A DNA stretch of 64,000 nt. It comes from Blastocladiella emersonii ATCC 22665 (Eukaryota; Fungi; Blastocladiomycota). The stretch covers positions 1,550,001-1,614,000 of the forward strand of contig JANHCV010000001.1 in NCBI GenBank assembly GCA_025594325.1, written 5' to 3'. Each line of letters begins with the position of its first letter. Positions within the stretch are counted from its first letter, which is position 1. Of the stretch, positions 1 through 13,132 are shown in pieces. Made by a program: the position numbers and the translations under genes. The notes beneath the pieces were generated by a model that was given only the letters and a program-made list of their open reading frames with translations, made no database searches and had not been told where the DNA came from.

Positions 1-499
1 GCAAGAGCGAGAATGTGGCGCGGCGCGAAACGTCTCGCGGATCAAGCCTCGCTCTCGCGCCGCACAGGTGAGCGAACGTGACGCAGAGTGTCTCCCGCCG
101 CGCGCGCTATTTCGGGTCTCAGCAGAGTTCGGGCAGCAACCACCTCCGCGCGCCGCGCCTCCTTTCGCGCCCGCGCCGACTCGCTGCAACGCATCGCACG
201 CACGCCAGGGACTGATTCCGCGCTCCCCTTCCGCTTCGGGACGTGAGTGTGATCCCGACCAAGCGACCATCGCTCGCCGCCGTGAGCCACACCACCCGCG
301 ACTACGCCACCCCGCACCTGCTACACCTGCGCCCCCCTTTTGTGGTGTTCCCTGCCGGGTCCCCGAAGATTCCCGTACACTCGCCTGCGCGCCACGGCGA
401 CATTCCCATCGCGGCGAACCCTTCCTCTCTCCCGCACTGCCCCGATCACCACCCGCAACTGCAACGTAACGCACGCAACTCAGCTCCATCGGCGCATCC

Positions 500-3400
500 A
501 TGTCGACGGCCGCACCGCCACTACCGCAACCACCACGATCGCCCGTCGCCGGCGCGCCCGCGGCGACCCCGTCGTCGTCGAGCAAGCGGCAGCGCGATCC
601 CGACGCGGGCGACGCGCATGGCGGAAAGGAGTCTTCGGCCAAGTACGCCTTAAGCCTGCGTAACCGCGATCAGGGATGAACCACGGCTAACCCGTCCCCG
701 ATCGACCGCGTCTAGACGCTCCAGCATCGTCGGTGCTCCGCGGCCCGATGCCGACCCGGAAACCGCGCCCGCACCGTCATCGCGCTCGCTCCGCGGCGCG
801 TCCTCGTCGCGCCTGAGCGTCGGTAAGTCGCCCGCGGCGCTGCGAGCCGCCGCACGCCGCCGGTCCACGCCCGTCAAGGCGGCTGCTGCATCGCCGGCGG
901 CGACGGGTGCAAACCGCATGTCCATGGCGTTCGTGTGGCCCTCGAGCCCCGCGAAACCGTCGCCGCTCGCCAGCGAGTCGGGATGGACCTGGCCCGCGGC
1001 GTTCCCGAGCTCGGCGACGGCGGCAGCAGCGCCCGCATCCTCGTCGGCGCCCGTCAACCCGTTGCCCGTGATCCCCGGGTTCCAGGTCGTCGATGGCGAC
1101 GCCGTCTCGTCGTCGGATGACGAGGACGACGACGACGACGACGACGACGACGAGGCGCTCGCCGCACCACCACTGGTCCCCGCGCCGCCCGAGATCCCCG
1201 CCGAGCTGCCGAGCGACCCCGCCACGCTCGAGGCCCTGTACCGCGCGCAGATGCTGAGCGAGAGCGCCGCCATCGAGGCGCAGGCGCAGCTGCGCAAGTT
1301 TGCGCGCGGCACCGCCGCCGCCACCGCGAAACCCGTCACGCCCGGCCGCCCGCGCGGCTGGCTGATGCGGCCGCGCAGCGGCATGCCCCCGCCGCCGGCG
1401 TCCGAGCCCGAGCACCCGAACGAGCCCGTCTCCGCAGCCGTCGACTCGGCGTACGCGTCGTCGGCCGACATGTCGCTTGAGAGCGCACTGCACCAGCTCG
1501 AGGTGTCGCAGCAGTCGATCCGCGGGCTGACGTCCATGGCGCGCGAGCTGCAGGCGCGCAACGCCGAGCTCGATGCCGCGCACCGCGCCGCCGCCGCCCA
1601 GCTCGTCGCCGCCGAGGCCGACCTCGAGACCATGCGCCGCCGCGCCACCCGCATGGCCGACGCCGAGAAGCGGCTCCGCGGCCACGTCGAGACCCTCGAG
1701 TCGCAGCTCCGCGACAACGACCTCCAGCTCACCTCGGCGTCGTCGGGCGCGCACCGACTGCATGGCGAAACCGCCAAGCTGCGCGCGACCAACGCCAAGC
1801 TGCTCGACGAGATCGAGGAGGCCCGCGCCAGTCTCGCCGCCGCCCAGGCATCGGCCGACGACGCGCGCAAGCACGCCGACGCCGAGGCCGCGTCGGTCCG
1901 CCGCGCGCTCGCCCTCGCGGTCGGCGAGCGCGACCAGTGCTGGCGCAAGGTCGACGAGCTGCGCCAGGAGAACGAGATGCTGCGCCGTAAACTGGCCAAA
2001 GCGACCGCCGCTGTCGCCGCCGCGAGCCAGCCCGCGCTGCCGCCAAGCGGAGGGCTCGGCGAGAAGCGCCGCCGCAACCGCCGCACGCGCATGTTCATCG
2101 AGCAGCAGCAGCAGCAGCAGCAGCAACAGCGCCAGCAGCAGCAGGACGATACCGGGTCGAACGGCAGCGACTCGGCGCCCGCGACGCCCGCCGAGGGGAA
2201 CACGAACCCGCTGCTCGTCGAGACGCTGCAGCTCGAGCTGCGCCAGGCCAAGGAGGCCGCTGCCGAGATGGAGAACGCCAACAAGGAGCTCGCCCAGGTC
2301 GTCGCCGAGCTCACGGACCAACGCGACGAGCTCGCCGAGCTCCTCGAGCAGTCGCGCGTCGCCATCGAGGAGCTCGAGTTCGAGACGGGCACCTCGGCCG
2401 CCGCCGCCCTCGACCGCGCGGGCAGCGCCGACCGGTTCAACGACACGTCGCTCTCGCTCTCGCTCGCCGCCGAGTTCATGCACCCCGCGGGCAAGGTCGA
2501 CTGCGCCACCCAGGTCTCGCCGCCCGCGTCGCCCGTCGTCGAGAGCAAGCGCGCTGACGTCGTGATCACGGCCGCGCCCGCGGTCATGACGGCGTTTGAC
2601 CCGCTCGACCTCACCGGTACCAGTCTCGACGACGTCGCTGCGGCCCAGCGTGCAGGGAAACCCCTCTCGCTCGCGCCCCCGCCGCGGCTCAAGGCCCGCC
2701 CGATCCTCCGCAAGTCGCCCTCCATGCTCAGCACCGTCACCATCCCGGCATCGGTCTCCGAGGAGCCGACGTCGCCGATCTCGTTCACGGGCGGCGGCGA
2801 GGGGATGATGCTCGGCAAGTCGCTCGGCGACGAGCTCGCGGCTGCGTTCCCCGCGCCGCCGGCTGAGGAGGAGGTTTCGCGCGCTTCGCTCGGTGACGAG
2901 CTCGATGCTACTGCAGTCTCGGTGCCCATAGTCGAGTCTGAAGGCGTGGTCGTGACCGGTCCGCTCGGCGACGAGCTCGCAGCAACACTCGCGACACCAC
3001 CCACCACCGACGACGCCGAGCCAGCACCCGCTGTCGACGAGGTTGAGCCTGCTGCTGTATCAATCTCGCCCTCGGCTGACGCTGTTCCTGTTGCCGAAGC
3101 GAGTCCTGCTCCGGTTGTTGATGCGCCCGCCGACAAGGCCACCACTCTGCCGTCACCACCACCAGTACCCCAGCAGCAGCAGGAGCAGCCCGCCGTGCGC
3201 CAGCTCCCCGCGTCGCCGGTCCTCTCGGCTGCCCCGGTCGGGCCCATCGACTACACCCTCCCCTTCTACCGCCCGCAGCAGCCGCTCGCACGGACCAAGT
3301 CGCCCGCGCGCTCGCTCAGCCTCCCCTCGCTGCGCGAGATGCGCCCCTCGTCCGTGTACCGCTCGTCGGGCGTGACGACCGACTCGGTCCTGCGCCGGCC

Positions 3401-6335
3401 GAGCCGGTCGCCGTCGCGTAGCAGCATCCGTTCGGCGGCGCGCCCGCTGAGCACCGTCGACCTCGCCGACAAGCTGCAGGATATCTCGGAGCGCGGCAAG
3501 ACGCTGACGTCGCGCGCGCGCACCGCGTCGCTGCGCAGCTGCGCCGCCATGTCGTGCCTCGTCGAGCGGCCCGTCACGGGCGACTCGCTCGGCGTCCCGC
3601 CGTCGCCCAAGTTCCCGCGCGAGACCGCCGAGCGCATCCTCGACGGGCTCGCCGGCATGTTCGCGCCGCCCGCGCTGCCGACGTTCGAGCCCGCGCCCGC
3701 TGTCGCCGACGTCAAGTCGCCCGAGCTCGACGCGTTGGCGGTGCGCGAGCCGTCCATGATCGGGTCGCCGATCCTCCCGGGCCAGGTCGTCGTTGCGGCC
3801 CCGGCGCCTACCCTCGAAACCGTCCCCTCCACTTCCTCTCAATCCGTCACCCTCCCCACCACGCCCAACGCCAAGACTGCCGCCGCCACCGTCCCGCAGC
3901 TCCCGAAGCTCACCCCCGCGCAGGAGATGGTCGCCCGCGCGCACGCTGAAGAAGCTGCCGCTGCTGCCGTCGCCACGGCGGTCCGCGCGCTACTCGCTAA
4001 ACCCGACCTCCCCGCCGTCGACTCGGGCACCGCCGTGTCGCCGCCCGCCTCGCTCAACCGCCCGCCGCGCGTCTCGAGTATCGCCAACGGGCCGCAGAAC
4101 ACGGCGCTTGACGCCGACGCGATCGTCGCCGCACACGCGGCCATGACCCTCGCTCCGCCGCGCCTCCACGCGCGGACCGAGTCGGCGCCCGCGTCGTCCG
4201 ACGCGCCGACGTGGTCTGCCGAAAACGCCCCGCGCACGATGCAGCAGCAGCGCGCGGAGCTCCCGCACACCGGGTCCGCGTCGTCGACCAAGGGGCTCGC
4301 GAGCACGCCCGCGACGCCCGTGCGGCGCACCGCCGGGTCCGCGCCCGCGTCCGCGATCAAGACGACGCCGCGGCCCGCCAAGCTGTGGCGGTTCGGCGGC
4401 GGCGGCGGCAAGTCGCCGGCGTCTGGCAAGTCTCCGCCCGTCGCGCGCGGCAACTCGGGCAACGGCGGGATCTCGCGCATGGACGGTCTCCCGCGGCAGG
4501 CCGGGTCGATGAGCGTGAGCCCGCTGGCGGCGGCGGCGAGTCGGTCGACGACGTCGCTCGCGGCCAGCACGATGACGGCGGAGTCCGCGGTGCGCGTCGG
4601 GTCGCCGTCGTCGGTGAACCTGACGGCGTACGTCGGGCCCTCGAACCTCCTGCTGCCGCACACGTCGCTCCCCGTCGGGCTCACGCCGGCCGACAGCCGC
4701 GCCGTGCACTTGCCGCGGCTGTTCCTCGGGACGTGGATGCTCAAGACGAACCGGCGCGACCGCAACCCGCAGCCGCGCTTCTTCTGGATCAACCAGACGG
4801 ACCTGCGCGGCGATATCACCGTCATGTGGGCCAAGCGCAACCCGTTCGTCCACAGCGACCGGCCGCCCGGGTCGGCCGCCGACTGGGGCCACGGACACGC
4901 GGCGGCGGCGGTTGGCAATGGCGCCGACCCCGCGGCCGAGGGCGGCGCGGGCGCCATCGTCAAGACGCTCACGGTCATGGACGTGGTGCAGAGCAATCGC
5001 GGCACGCGCAAGGTGGTCCTGCACCGGCCCGCGGCCATCGACGCCCACTCGTCGACGACGCCGCACGCGGTCCCCGCCGAGCGCATGGACGTGACCACCT
5101 TCCTCGTCATCTACACGCGCAACCGGCACCTGCACCTCCAGGCTGCGACGCGCGAGGACCACGAGGCGTGGTTCCTCGGCCTCAGCTACCTCCTCGACGC
5201 GCGGCGCCACTCCATGGGTCTCCGCGCCATGGGCGGCATCCCGCAGTCCGCGGGACCCACGCCGCCGCCCGAGTTTAACGGGATCAAGCGGTCCGGGTCC
5301 CGCGCCGAACGCGGGCTACGCGCGGTCGCGGCTGCGGTCGGCGTTGCGGCGGTCCCGCCCACACCGGCACCGGTTCCCGCGGCGGCGCCTGCCACCAAGT
5401 CGGCGGCGGGTAAGGCCAAGGCGGGCAAGTCGGCGGCACCCGCTACCGCGACGGCGACGCGCGCGACGGGTGTCGCTGCAGCTCGCGCGGCCGCCGCGGC
5501 GCGGAACCAGCCTGCGCCTGCAGCACCAGCGGCCGACTCGTCGCCCCGTGCGGCGGCGGCCGCGAAAAAGGACGAGGCTGCCGCGGCGGCTGCATCGCCC
5601 ATGATGCCCAAGTGGCTCGCGCGGCGGTTGACCAAGGGCAGCAGCGGCGGCAGCACCTCGACGTCGCCCAGCAAGCAGCACGTCCGCTCGCCGCTCGCCA
5701 TGGAGAGCATGACGGCGACGTCGGCCAGCGCTTCGGTGTCGTCTGAGTTGCCGACGCCCGCCACGCCGTCCGAGTCGTCGCTTCCCGCCGCCAACGGCGC
5801 GCCCGCGCACGCCGCCGAGGAGGAGGACGAGGAAGAAGAGGCCGGCGCCACGTCCTTCGCGACGGGGGGCGCGCTGTCGCCGCACATGCCCGCGTCCATG
5901 ACCTCCTTCGTCGATCAGGGGTCCCTCGCGCCGCTGACGAGCGGGAACAGCTCATCGACGTCGCTCGCCCACCACCACCACCACCGCCACCACCGCGGGT
6001 ACAGCCACGGCTCAGCGCCCGCAGTTGCGCGTCCGACGAGCGGCGGGATCACCGCGACGCCGCCCGGGTCGCACGCGTCCATTGCGTCGTCATCCGACGT
6101 TTCGACGGCGTCCACGGGCGGCGGCCCAGGCGACCGCCGCAGCGTGGCCGGGAGCAGCGTCCACAGCGCGGCCGGGAGCAGCGATAAGGACAAGGACAGG
6201 GGCGGGATCTACGGTGCGGCGCGGCTGTTCAGCCTCACGACGCGCAGCTTCGCCAACCTCAAGGACTCGCTGCGGGTCACGCCGCGCGGCGGGAGCGGGG
6301 CGCAGCAGGCGGCGCGCGAGCGGGAGTCGATGTGA
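500..6335 (+). CDS. Num1/Mcp5-like cortical anchor: N-terminal coiled coil, long disordered middle, C-terminal Mcp5-type PH domain. Two exons (500-642, 716-6335).
   Basis: ATG at 500. The intron 643-715 (GTACGC...GCTAAC...TAG) restores the frame into the 918..6335 ORF. PH-like segments LFLGTWMLKTNRR...RFFWIN and LHLQAATREDHEAWFLGLSYLL resemble the Mcp5/Num1 PH domain. Confidence 0.7.
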
Positions 6336-6563
6336 GATGTGCGGCGATCGCCAGAAGATGGATAACACTGTAACCGGTTAGCGAGAACGCGGAAGAGTGA
6401 AGTGTCGAACGAACGGAGGAAGCCACTACCAATACAACTGCGATACCACTCGGGTGAGCGGGCGGGGATGCAGAAGGGAGTGTGTGTATTGAGACGGTCC
6501 AGGACCGCGCGGGATGTGTACAGGATGGAGGAAGACGAGTGTGCAATGATCGGACCACGGCCT

Positions 6564-7063
6564 TTAGTTGACGAGCAGCCACGCCGCCGACTTGTCGGCC
6601 GTGAAGACGGGCTCCATGGGGAACTCGCCCTTGGCCGCGACCTGCTGGACGGCGACCGTGGCGGTCGCGTCGGTGGCTGACCCGCCGCCGACCTTCCAGG
6701 TACGTGACCCGGCGCCCGCGGGGGCGTCCGGGCCCGTGGCCACGGTCAGCGTGCCCGCGTCGGCGGTCCACGTCGCGGCCGTCTTGAGCGACGGGCACGG
6801 CTCGGCAAAGCACACGGACGTGGTGGTCACGGTCGCGGTGCCGTCGGCGCGCAGCGCCAGCGTGTGGAACGCGTCGATCTGGTACGTCGCGGGGACCTTG
6901 ATGAGGGCGGCTACGAGGCGGACGGCAAGGTTAGTCGTAGGCCATCGATGCAAGGGATCGCGCGAGGAGCGGGCGTACGGGCAGTCGGGCCGGCGGGGAC
7001 CGGCGACGCGGTGGCGCCGATGACGGCGGCGGCGGCCAGGGCGGCGAGGGTGAGCGACTTCAT
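6564..7063 (-). CDS. Small secreted protein of about 143 aa, function unknown. Two exons (7063-6979, 6910-6564).
   Basis: Signal peptide MKSLTLAALAAAAVIGATA. The intron 6978-6911 (GTACGC...GACTAAC...TAG) joins two ORF frames. The mature part is Thr/Ala-rich and contains CFAEPCP. Confidence 0.7.
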
Positions 7064-7327
7064 GGTTTCTTGTGGTGGTGTTGATGCTGCAAGATGCGTG
7101 TGCGATCTCTTGCGAGGGAGAGGAGAGGGAGGGGAGAAGCAAGGCAGCGGCGGGGTGGCGCACCGCGCAGCGAATTGCATGAACAAGCGGAAGCGCGGAA
7201 CAAGAAGAGCGGCGCTCACATGATATCGCGACGCGTCTCCTTTACGTTCAAAGCTGTGCGTGTATGCAAATCTTCCACGTTGGCCCAGGTATCCATGTTT
7301 CTCGTTCTTGTACTTCCCTATCGTCGC

Positions 7328-10255
7328 CTACTGCCGGCCGGACCCGAACAGCCGCCAGAACAGCGGCTCGCGGTGCGGCGTGGTCCCCGCGGCGGCGTCG
7401 CGCCCTGGCCGCGGTATCCTTGGCGCCGCGTCGAGGGCGACCTCGGACGTGGTCGTCATGGCGGACCCGGCGGACCCGCTCGACCCGCGCCGCGCGCGCC
7501 GCACCATGGCCATCCCCATGCCCATGTCCGGGTCCATGTCAAAGTCGACGTCCACCTCGCCGTCCGAGTCGCTCCCGCCGCCGCCGCCAAGCCCGTGGTG
7601 GTGGTGGATCGCGACCGACTCGACCTCGTCGGGCATCCCGACATCCGCGAGCGTGCCCGAGAACACCTGTGCCGCGAACGGGTCGCTGTCGAGGAACTGC
7701 GACGAGAACGAGTCGGTGATGTAGTGCTGCACCGCCGCGCTGCTCCCACCCGCACCGCCGGCGCCGGCGTGGCTGCTGGGACTCGTCGCGAGCTCGGCCG
7801 CGCGCGAACGGCGGTACGCGAGCACGTCGGCGGCCGCGTCGTCTGTCTCGCTGCCGCTCGCCGGGTCGTCGGGGTACCACGCCGACTGGTGCGGTCGACG
7901 CCACCGCGCGCGCCCACGCGGACGGTCGCCCGCGGTCGCAGCGGCTGATATTGCCGCGGCGAGCGCGCGTTCCTGGACCGCGTCCTCGTCGGGCGTCAGG
8001 CCGCCCGCGGCGCTGGGCGATGACGCGGCGACCGTGGTCCACGACGACGGGCGTGCTGACGAGGATGAGCCGGAGCCCGACCCAGTGCGGAACACGGAGG
8101 ACAAAAACGACGTGCGGGCCGGGACTGCTGCTGCTGTTGCCGACGCGGTTCGTGCCACCGCAACCGGATCCCCGTCGTGCCGGTCCGGGTCGCTCGGGTC
8201 CATGGGCGTCGGCGACGCCGTCTGCTGGAACCGCGCGTTCTCGGCGTACCCGGACGACAGCGACAGGAGCCGCTGCGGGACCGGCGGGACGGGCGGGACG
8301 ACCGCGGCCGAGGTGCGCCGCGACGCCGCCCCCGAGTCGCTGACCATGAGATCGACCTCGTCGTCCCACGCGCCGCGCGACCCGAGCCCGTAGTACAGCC
8401 CGTCGCCGACACTGCGGCTGCGCCGGTGTCCGTCAAACGAGTCGGACGTCGCCGACCACCGCCGGCCCGTGAACCACGCCGCAATCCGGAGCGCTGATTC
8501 CAGACCCGTCGTCGTACCCGGACTGCTCGACGATGCCGGGCTGCGCGAGTACGAGTGCGGTGGTGGCGTGGGGCGGAGCGGCGCCGCGGGATCGTCAGTC
8601 GCGCGGTACAGCCCGTTCGCCGCGCTGCGGGCGGCCATGGCGGTCACGGACGTGGTGGGCGACGTGCCAGACGCGAGGAGCAGCTGCCGCTGGCCGAGCG
8701 GGCCAGAGTACCGCGGGAAGCTGGACGCCGCGGCGCCCGCGCTGCCGCGACTGGTGGAGCGTAGCGGTGCGATGGGGACTGGGACAGCAGCCGACGTCGC
8801 GGCCGAAGTCGTGGCGCCAACGGTAGCGCCCTGGCGCCACGCCGCGTCGCGTGCCGTGACCTGGCGGTACGAGTCGACGGGGCTCGACTCCATGATGCGC
8901 GTGAGGATGGTCGAAATGTACAGCTGCAGCGCCTTGAGCTCGGACGTGAGCGCCGCGATCTCGGCATCCTTGTCGCGGTCGGCGCGGTCCGCGGCGGCGT
9001 CAAAGTCGCCGTCCACGTCCGACTCGGCGTTCTCGTCGCCGGCTTCTGCAGCGGGAGTGCTGGTAGCCTGCGCGACCTCGGCATTGAGCTCCTCGATCGC
9101 GGACGCCGTCTCCTCGGCGATCGCGTCCGCCTCGGCCGGCGCCACCGAGCCCTCGGCGCGCTCGAGCTCCGACGACAGCGGGCCGATCGTGCGGCGGCCG
9201 TTGGACGTCTGGCGCCGCCACACGCCGCTGCGGCGGCGCGGGGACAGCGACGCGGCGGCGGGCGAGACGTTGCGTGACGCGGTGCGCGACCCGGGCCCGA
9301 AGGCGGTGGCGCTGAGCTGGCTCGAGACCCACTCGTCGACCTGCCACTCGCCGCGCAGCGTGCGCTCCTCGAGCAGCAGGCGGTAGCCCTCGGTCTGGTC
9401 GCGCAGCTCGGCGACCACGGCCTGCAGCTCCTGCACGTCGCGGCGCAGGTGGTCGTTCTCGAGCGACTTTTCGCGCGCGTGCTGCTCGGCGGCCTGCTGC
9501 GACGCCTGGTTGAGGCGGAGGGCGAGGTTGAGCTACATCGACGCAGGCAAAGCGTGAGCTCGGACGAGGGGAAGGAAGCGTAGGGTAAAAAGCGACACAC
9601 CTCCTCGATCTTGCGCTCGAGCTGGCGCTGGTTGGTGATGAGCCGCGCCATAGCCTCCTGCGTCGTCTGGCGCGCGGGGTCCGGTGTATCGGCGTGCGGC
9701 GGCATGGGCGGGCCGGCCGATTGCGATCTCCTGCGTGCCGCGGCGGCGGCGGCGTCGCGCGGGCCGACGCCCTGGCCGAGCACGCGGCCCTTGGCGGGGC
9801 TCATGGCGCGCATGCGCGAGAGGCGGTCCTGCAGCGACTCGATCTCGCGCTCGAGCGTCGACCGCTCCATGGCCCACAGCCGCTCGGCCTCGGCGTAGCG
9901 GACGGCGAGCGCGCGCGCGTGCGACTGTGCGGTGCGGCCCGATTGCTCCGAGTCCTGCAGCCGCTCCGACAGCTCGTCGAGGTGGCTCGCGAGTGTCCGT
10001 GCTGCGTCCGACTTGAGCGAGAGGGTCTAGATCATTGTTTGTGTGAGAGTCGGTCGTCTCGGGTACGAGTGAAGAGAGGCAGCGTACGCGCTTGAGAACC
10101 GCATTCTCGCGGTGGAGGTCGGCGACGTGCGCCGTCACGGCCGGCGAGAGGCCGGGCGATGGTCCCTGTGTGGGATGGCGGTGTGAGCACGGTTTCCGTC
10201 GATGACGGGCGCAAGTCGGACGCACTTCAATGGAGGACGCTGTCGCCATGGACAT
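7328..10255 (-). CDS. Coiled-coil protein with a FIP-RBD-like (Rab11-binding-like) motif and a long disordered tail. Four exons.
   Basis: Exons 10255-10226, 10165-10088, ~10026-9601 and ~9533-7328 are joined by canonical introns. Heptad-rich coiled coils. Motifs EGYRLLLEERTL and ELKALQLYISTILTRIMESSP. Confidence 0.7.
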
Positions 10256-10962
10256 GATGATGTTGCTTAGAAGCCGACGAGGTCAAAGTCCAGGCGACGA
10301 CGTAACGGTCGTGCCTTGCCCAGTAACGAGGGCGTAGACGAGAGAGAAGGCGACGGCGGCCCCTGTCCGCGACCTTGCGGGGGCGGCACAGCAGCAACAA
10401 CCGTGCCGGGACTGGCTTCTCACGGCCGGGCTGCGCGGGACGGACGGGACAAGCACGAGCGCGCGGCGCAGCAGGCGGGCGTGGGAGCGTGGAGACGGGT
10501 GCGCGCCAAATGAAGTCCAGCGCGCAGATCCGCCGGTCGGACTGCTCCGCAAATGAAGTGATCGAGCAAGGCGCGTGTTTGCTGCGGGCTCGCGGAGAGT
10601 GCAGCGTTCCCACGAGGCTAGCGAAGCGGAGGGAGATCGCGGGGACTCGGACGTCTCTCACGCCCGTGCGGCAGGTTGTTGATGCGTTGCAAGGTGTGCG
10701 TGCGAAGCTGCCTAATTAATCGCAGCGTAGTTGGTTCATCGAGCCAGGGAGCGGCGAGGAGAGCGAAGGGATCGGCGCGCGCTGTGACGCTGTGGAGACG
10801 CCACCCGCCACGCGCCGTGACATCAGCGCAGAGTGTCTCGCACGCTGTCTCGCACCTGGACGCGCGATGCGCGACGAGACTCGACGCGTCCGGTCGCGCC
10901 TTCGCTGCCCTATCCGCAAACAGCGTTGACGCAGACCTAAAAACACGTAACTAGACGCAAAG

Positions 10963-11968
10963 ATGATGATGCCGTCCATGATGCTCGAGGGCCCGCCGCC
11001 GCGGAGCGGGCGCCGCATCTTTCCTGCGCGGCCGCGCATGAACACGATCGCGCCTCCGCCTCCGTCACCTCCCCGGACGCGGTTGCCGCCTCCGAGTGAT
11101 TCGCAGCGCCTCACTGTCCCTCCACTACTCGGCGCGCAACCCGCCCTCGCTGCCGAGGAAGTGGCCGGCGCGGGGCTCCCGACCCTTGGCGCTGGAAGGA
11201 GGGCTTCGTCGCGGTCCTCGGAGCAGTGGCCGCGGATCACCAACAACGTGCGCAACACGAGCAGCGACGTCTTCTGGCAGCTCGACCCCGTTCTCGGCTT
11301 CGGCAACGGTTCGCGCTGTCGTGTCGTATCCAACATGATGACTCCTCACGCGTACTACCCGACCGTAGCGGAAGAGCACTACCGGTGCGACGCGGCCGAG
11401 TCGGAGCGGCAGCGTCGGATCGAGGAGCGATCCAAGAAGGAGGCCTTTTGGGTCGCGCGTCGGTACACCTCAGCCTCCTCGACGAGCTCAGAGCGCCCAC
11501 AAACTAACCCTGCCGGACACGTAGGGAACACTGGGATCGCCTCGACTCGGACCGCTGGGTCAAGGTGCGCGAGGCCGACGCCAAGGCCAAGCACCTCGAG
11601 TCGAGCAAACGCCAGCGCAGCCAGCTCGGATCGAGCAGGTACTTCACTGCACACATCACACACATGCCCTCCCACTCATAGTGACGTTCTATAGCGTGGC
11701 GTACGATGCGCTGTCCTCGCACTACCTTCAGAGCCCCAAGGGCGATGACCTCCGCCAGCGCGACCAAGAGGCCTGGGTACGTTGCGCGACTTGGACTCGT
11801 TCCGTCCCACCATGCTGACCTCACGCCTCCTAGGAACATCTCATTCGACGCACTGAGCGGATTCGCGTCCTTAACAACTCGTACGACCCGATCAAGGGCC
11901 AGGACCTCAAGCCGCTGCCCCTCCCGCTGCTGGTTCCGCAAGACGGGCTGCGGCGGACAACCGGTTGA
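10963..11968 (+). CDS. Uncharacterised protein of about 250 aa, possibly flagellum-associated. Five exons.
   Basis: Exons 10963-11308, 11369-11462, 11525-11638, 11695-11776 and 11834-11968 splice in frame through GT-AG introns. C-terminus SVAYDALSSHYLQSPKGDDLRQRD...NNSYDPIKG. AATAAA at 11982. Confidence 0.7.
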
Positions 11969-13132
11969 TGAACCTCTATTGAATAAATTCGAGTCCTTTT
12001 GATATCACTGCAGCCATCAGGCGTGTCTAGTTCCGAACTGAACGGTCGGTAGCCTTGGCCGTGCAGGAGTGCATTGGTGGGGTCTGGTCGATTCCGGGTA
12101 CCTTCGGAGTTGGGGCGCGAGACAGGACCCAGACGTGACGCGAGGGCAGACGCCAGCAAGGGAGCCGCTGTACATAAGCCCCTCCGGCGCGACGCGACAG
12201 GAGGGCGCGAGACAAGACGTGAGCAAGGGAACTGACGTGAGGGAGTGGACGCAGAAAGCGCCACAGCCGCGTGAGGTGGCTGAATGGCTGGGCGCCGCTC
12301 GCTGCCAGCCGCTTCGCTGCCCTCAACTTCCGGCGCCCAACGCCTATCCTGCTCACTCTCCTGTCATCACGTCAGAGTTAACTATTTGACAATGGTCAGT
12401 CATCCATGTATCTCTACACCGCCGCCCGGAACGCTGCGAACTGCTCGGTCCGCCGCACGACGACCAACCGCCGCGACACCTTGCCCGACCTACCGCCCGC
12501 ACGAATCGACGAGGAAACGGACCGCAACGACGGTTTCGATTCCAGCGACGTAGAGGATCGCTGCCGAGCGTTTTCTCGTCGTTCTTGCGACCGAATTGCC
12601 GCCCGAACGGTTGCCGACGTTCCGGTGGTCACGCATGTCCATCCGTCATGCGGTGTGCCGCTGGCCTGTCGCGACGCCAGCCTCGGCCGTCGTGGCATGG
12701 TCGGTTCCCGTGCCGCCGGCGCCACCTCACCCGAACGGATCGTGCTCGCGGGCGAGCGAAACTCGCCCGTCCGTCTGGCTGCACTGCGGACGGCTGTCGC
12801 ACGGCCTCCCGGAGCGGTCCCGCCGGCGAGCCATGCTGTCAGCTGTCCTCGTCGAAATTCGTGTGGGTGGTGGCGTTCGTTCAAGCTGGTGGCTGGTGTG
12901 CTCGTCGGTCACCGTGCTCTTGCAACTGCACCCACCCCCGCACAACCCTCCACACAGCTAGAGCGGTCCCACGCAAGCGAGCGTGTGAGCGTGTGCGCGG
13001 GCTGCAGCGCCGCGATCGCCGTCGTCGTCCGACGTGGCGGTCGTCCCGCGCGACCACCCCACCTCCTCTGGACCACCCCGCTAACGCTCTCGCTCCCCCT
13101 CTCCGCCGTCGTCGTCGTGGTCGTTCTAATAG

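Noticed and set aside
650-3247. 865-aa and 568-aa minus-strand ORFs over the Num1-like gene
   Set aside because: Same shadow-ORF effect. The + frame has the PH domain and a valid splice model.
1116-6000. (GAC)n, (CAG)n and (CAC)n tracts, plus (GGGTCC)n at ~27310
   Set aside because: Ordinary in-frame poly-Asp, poly-Gln, poly-His and Gly-Ser low-complexity coding repeats. They are not spacer-containing arrays and not CRISPR.
12395-13132. snoRNA hosted in the putative long RPL43 intron
   Set aside because: No C box (RTGATGA) and D box (CTGA) pair is visible. An H/ACA RNA cannot be assessed by eye.
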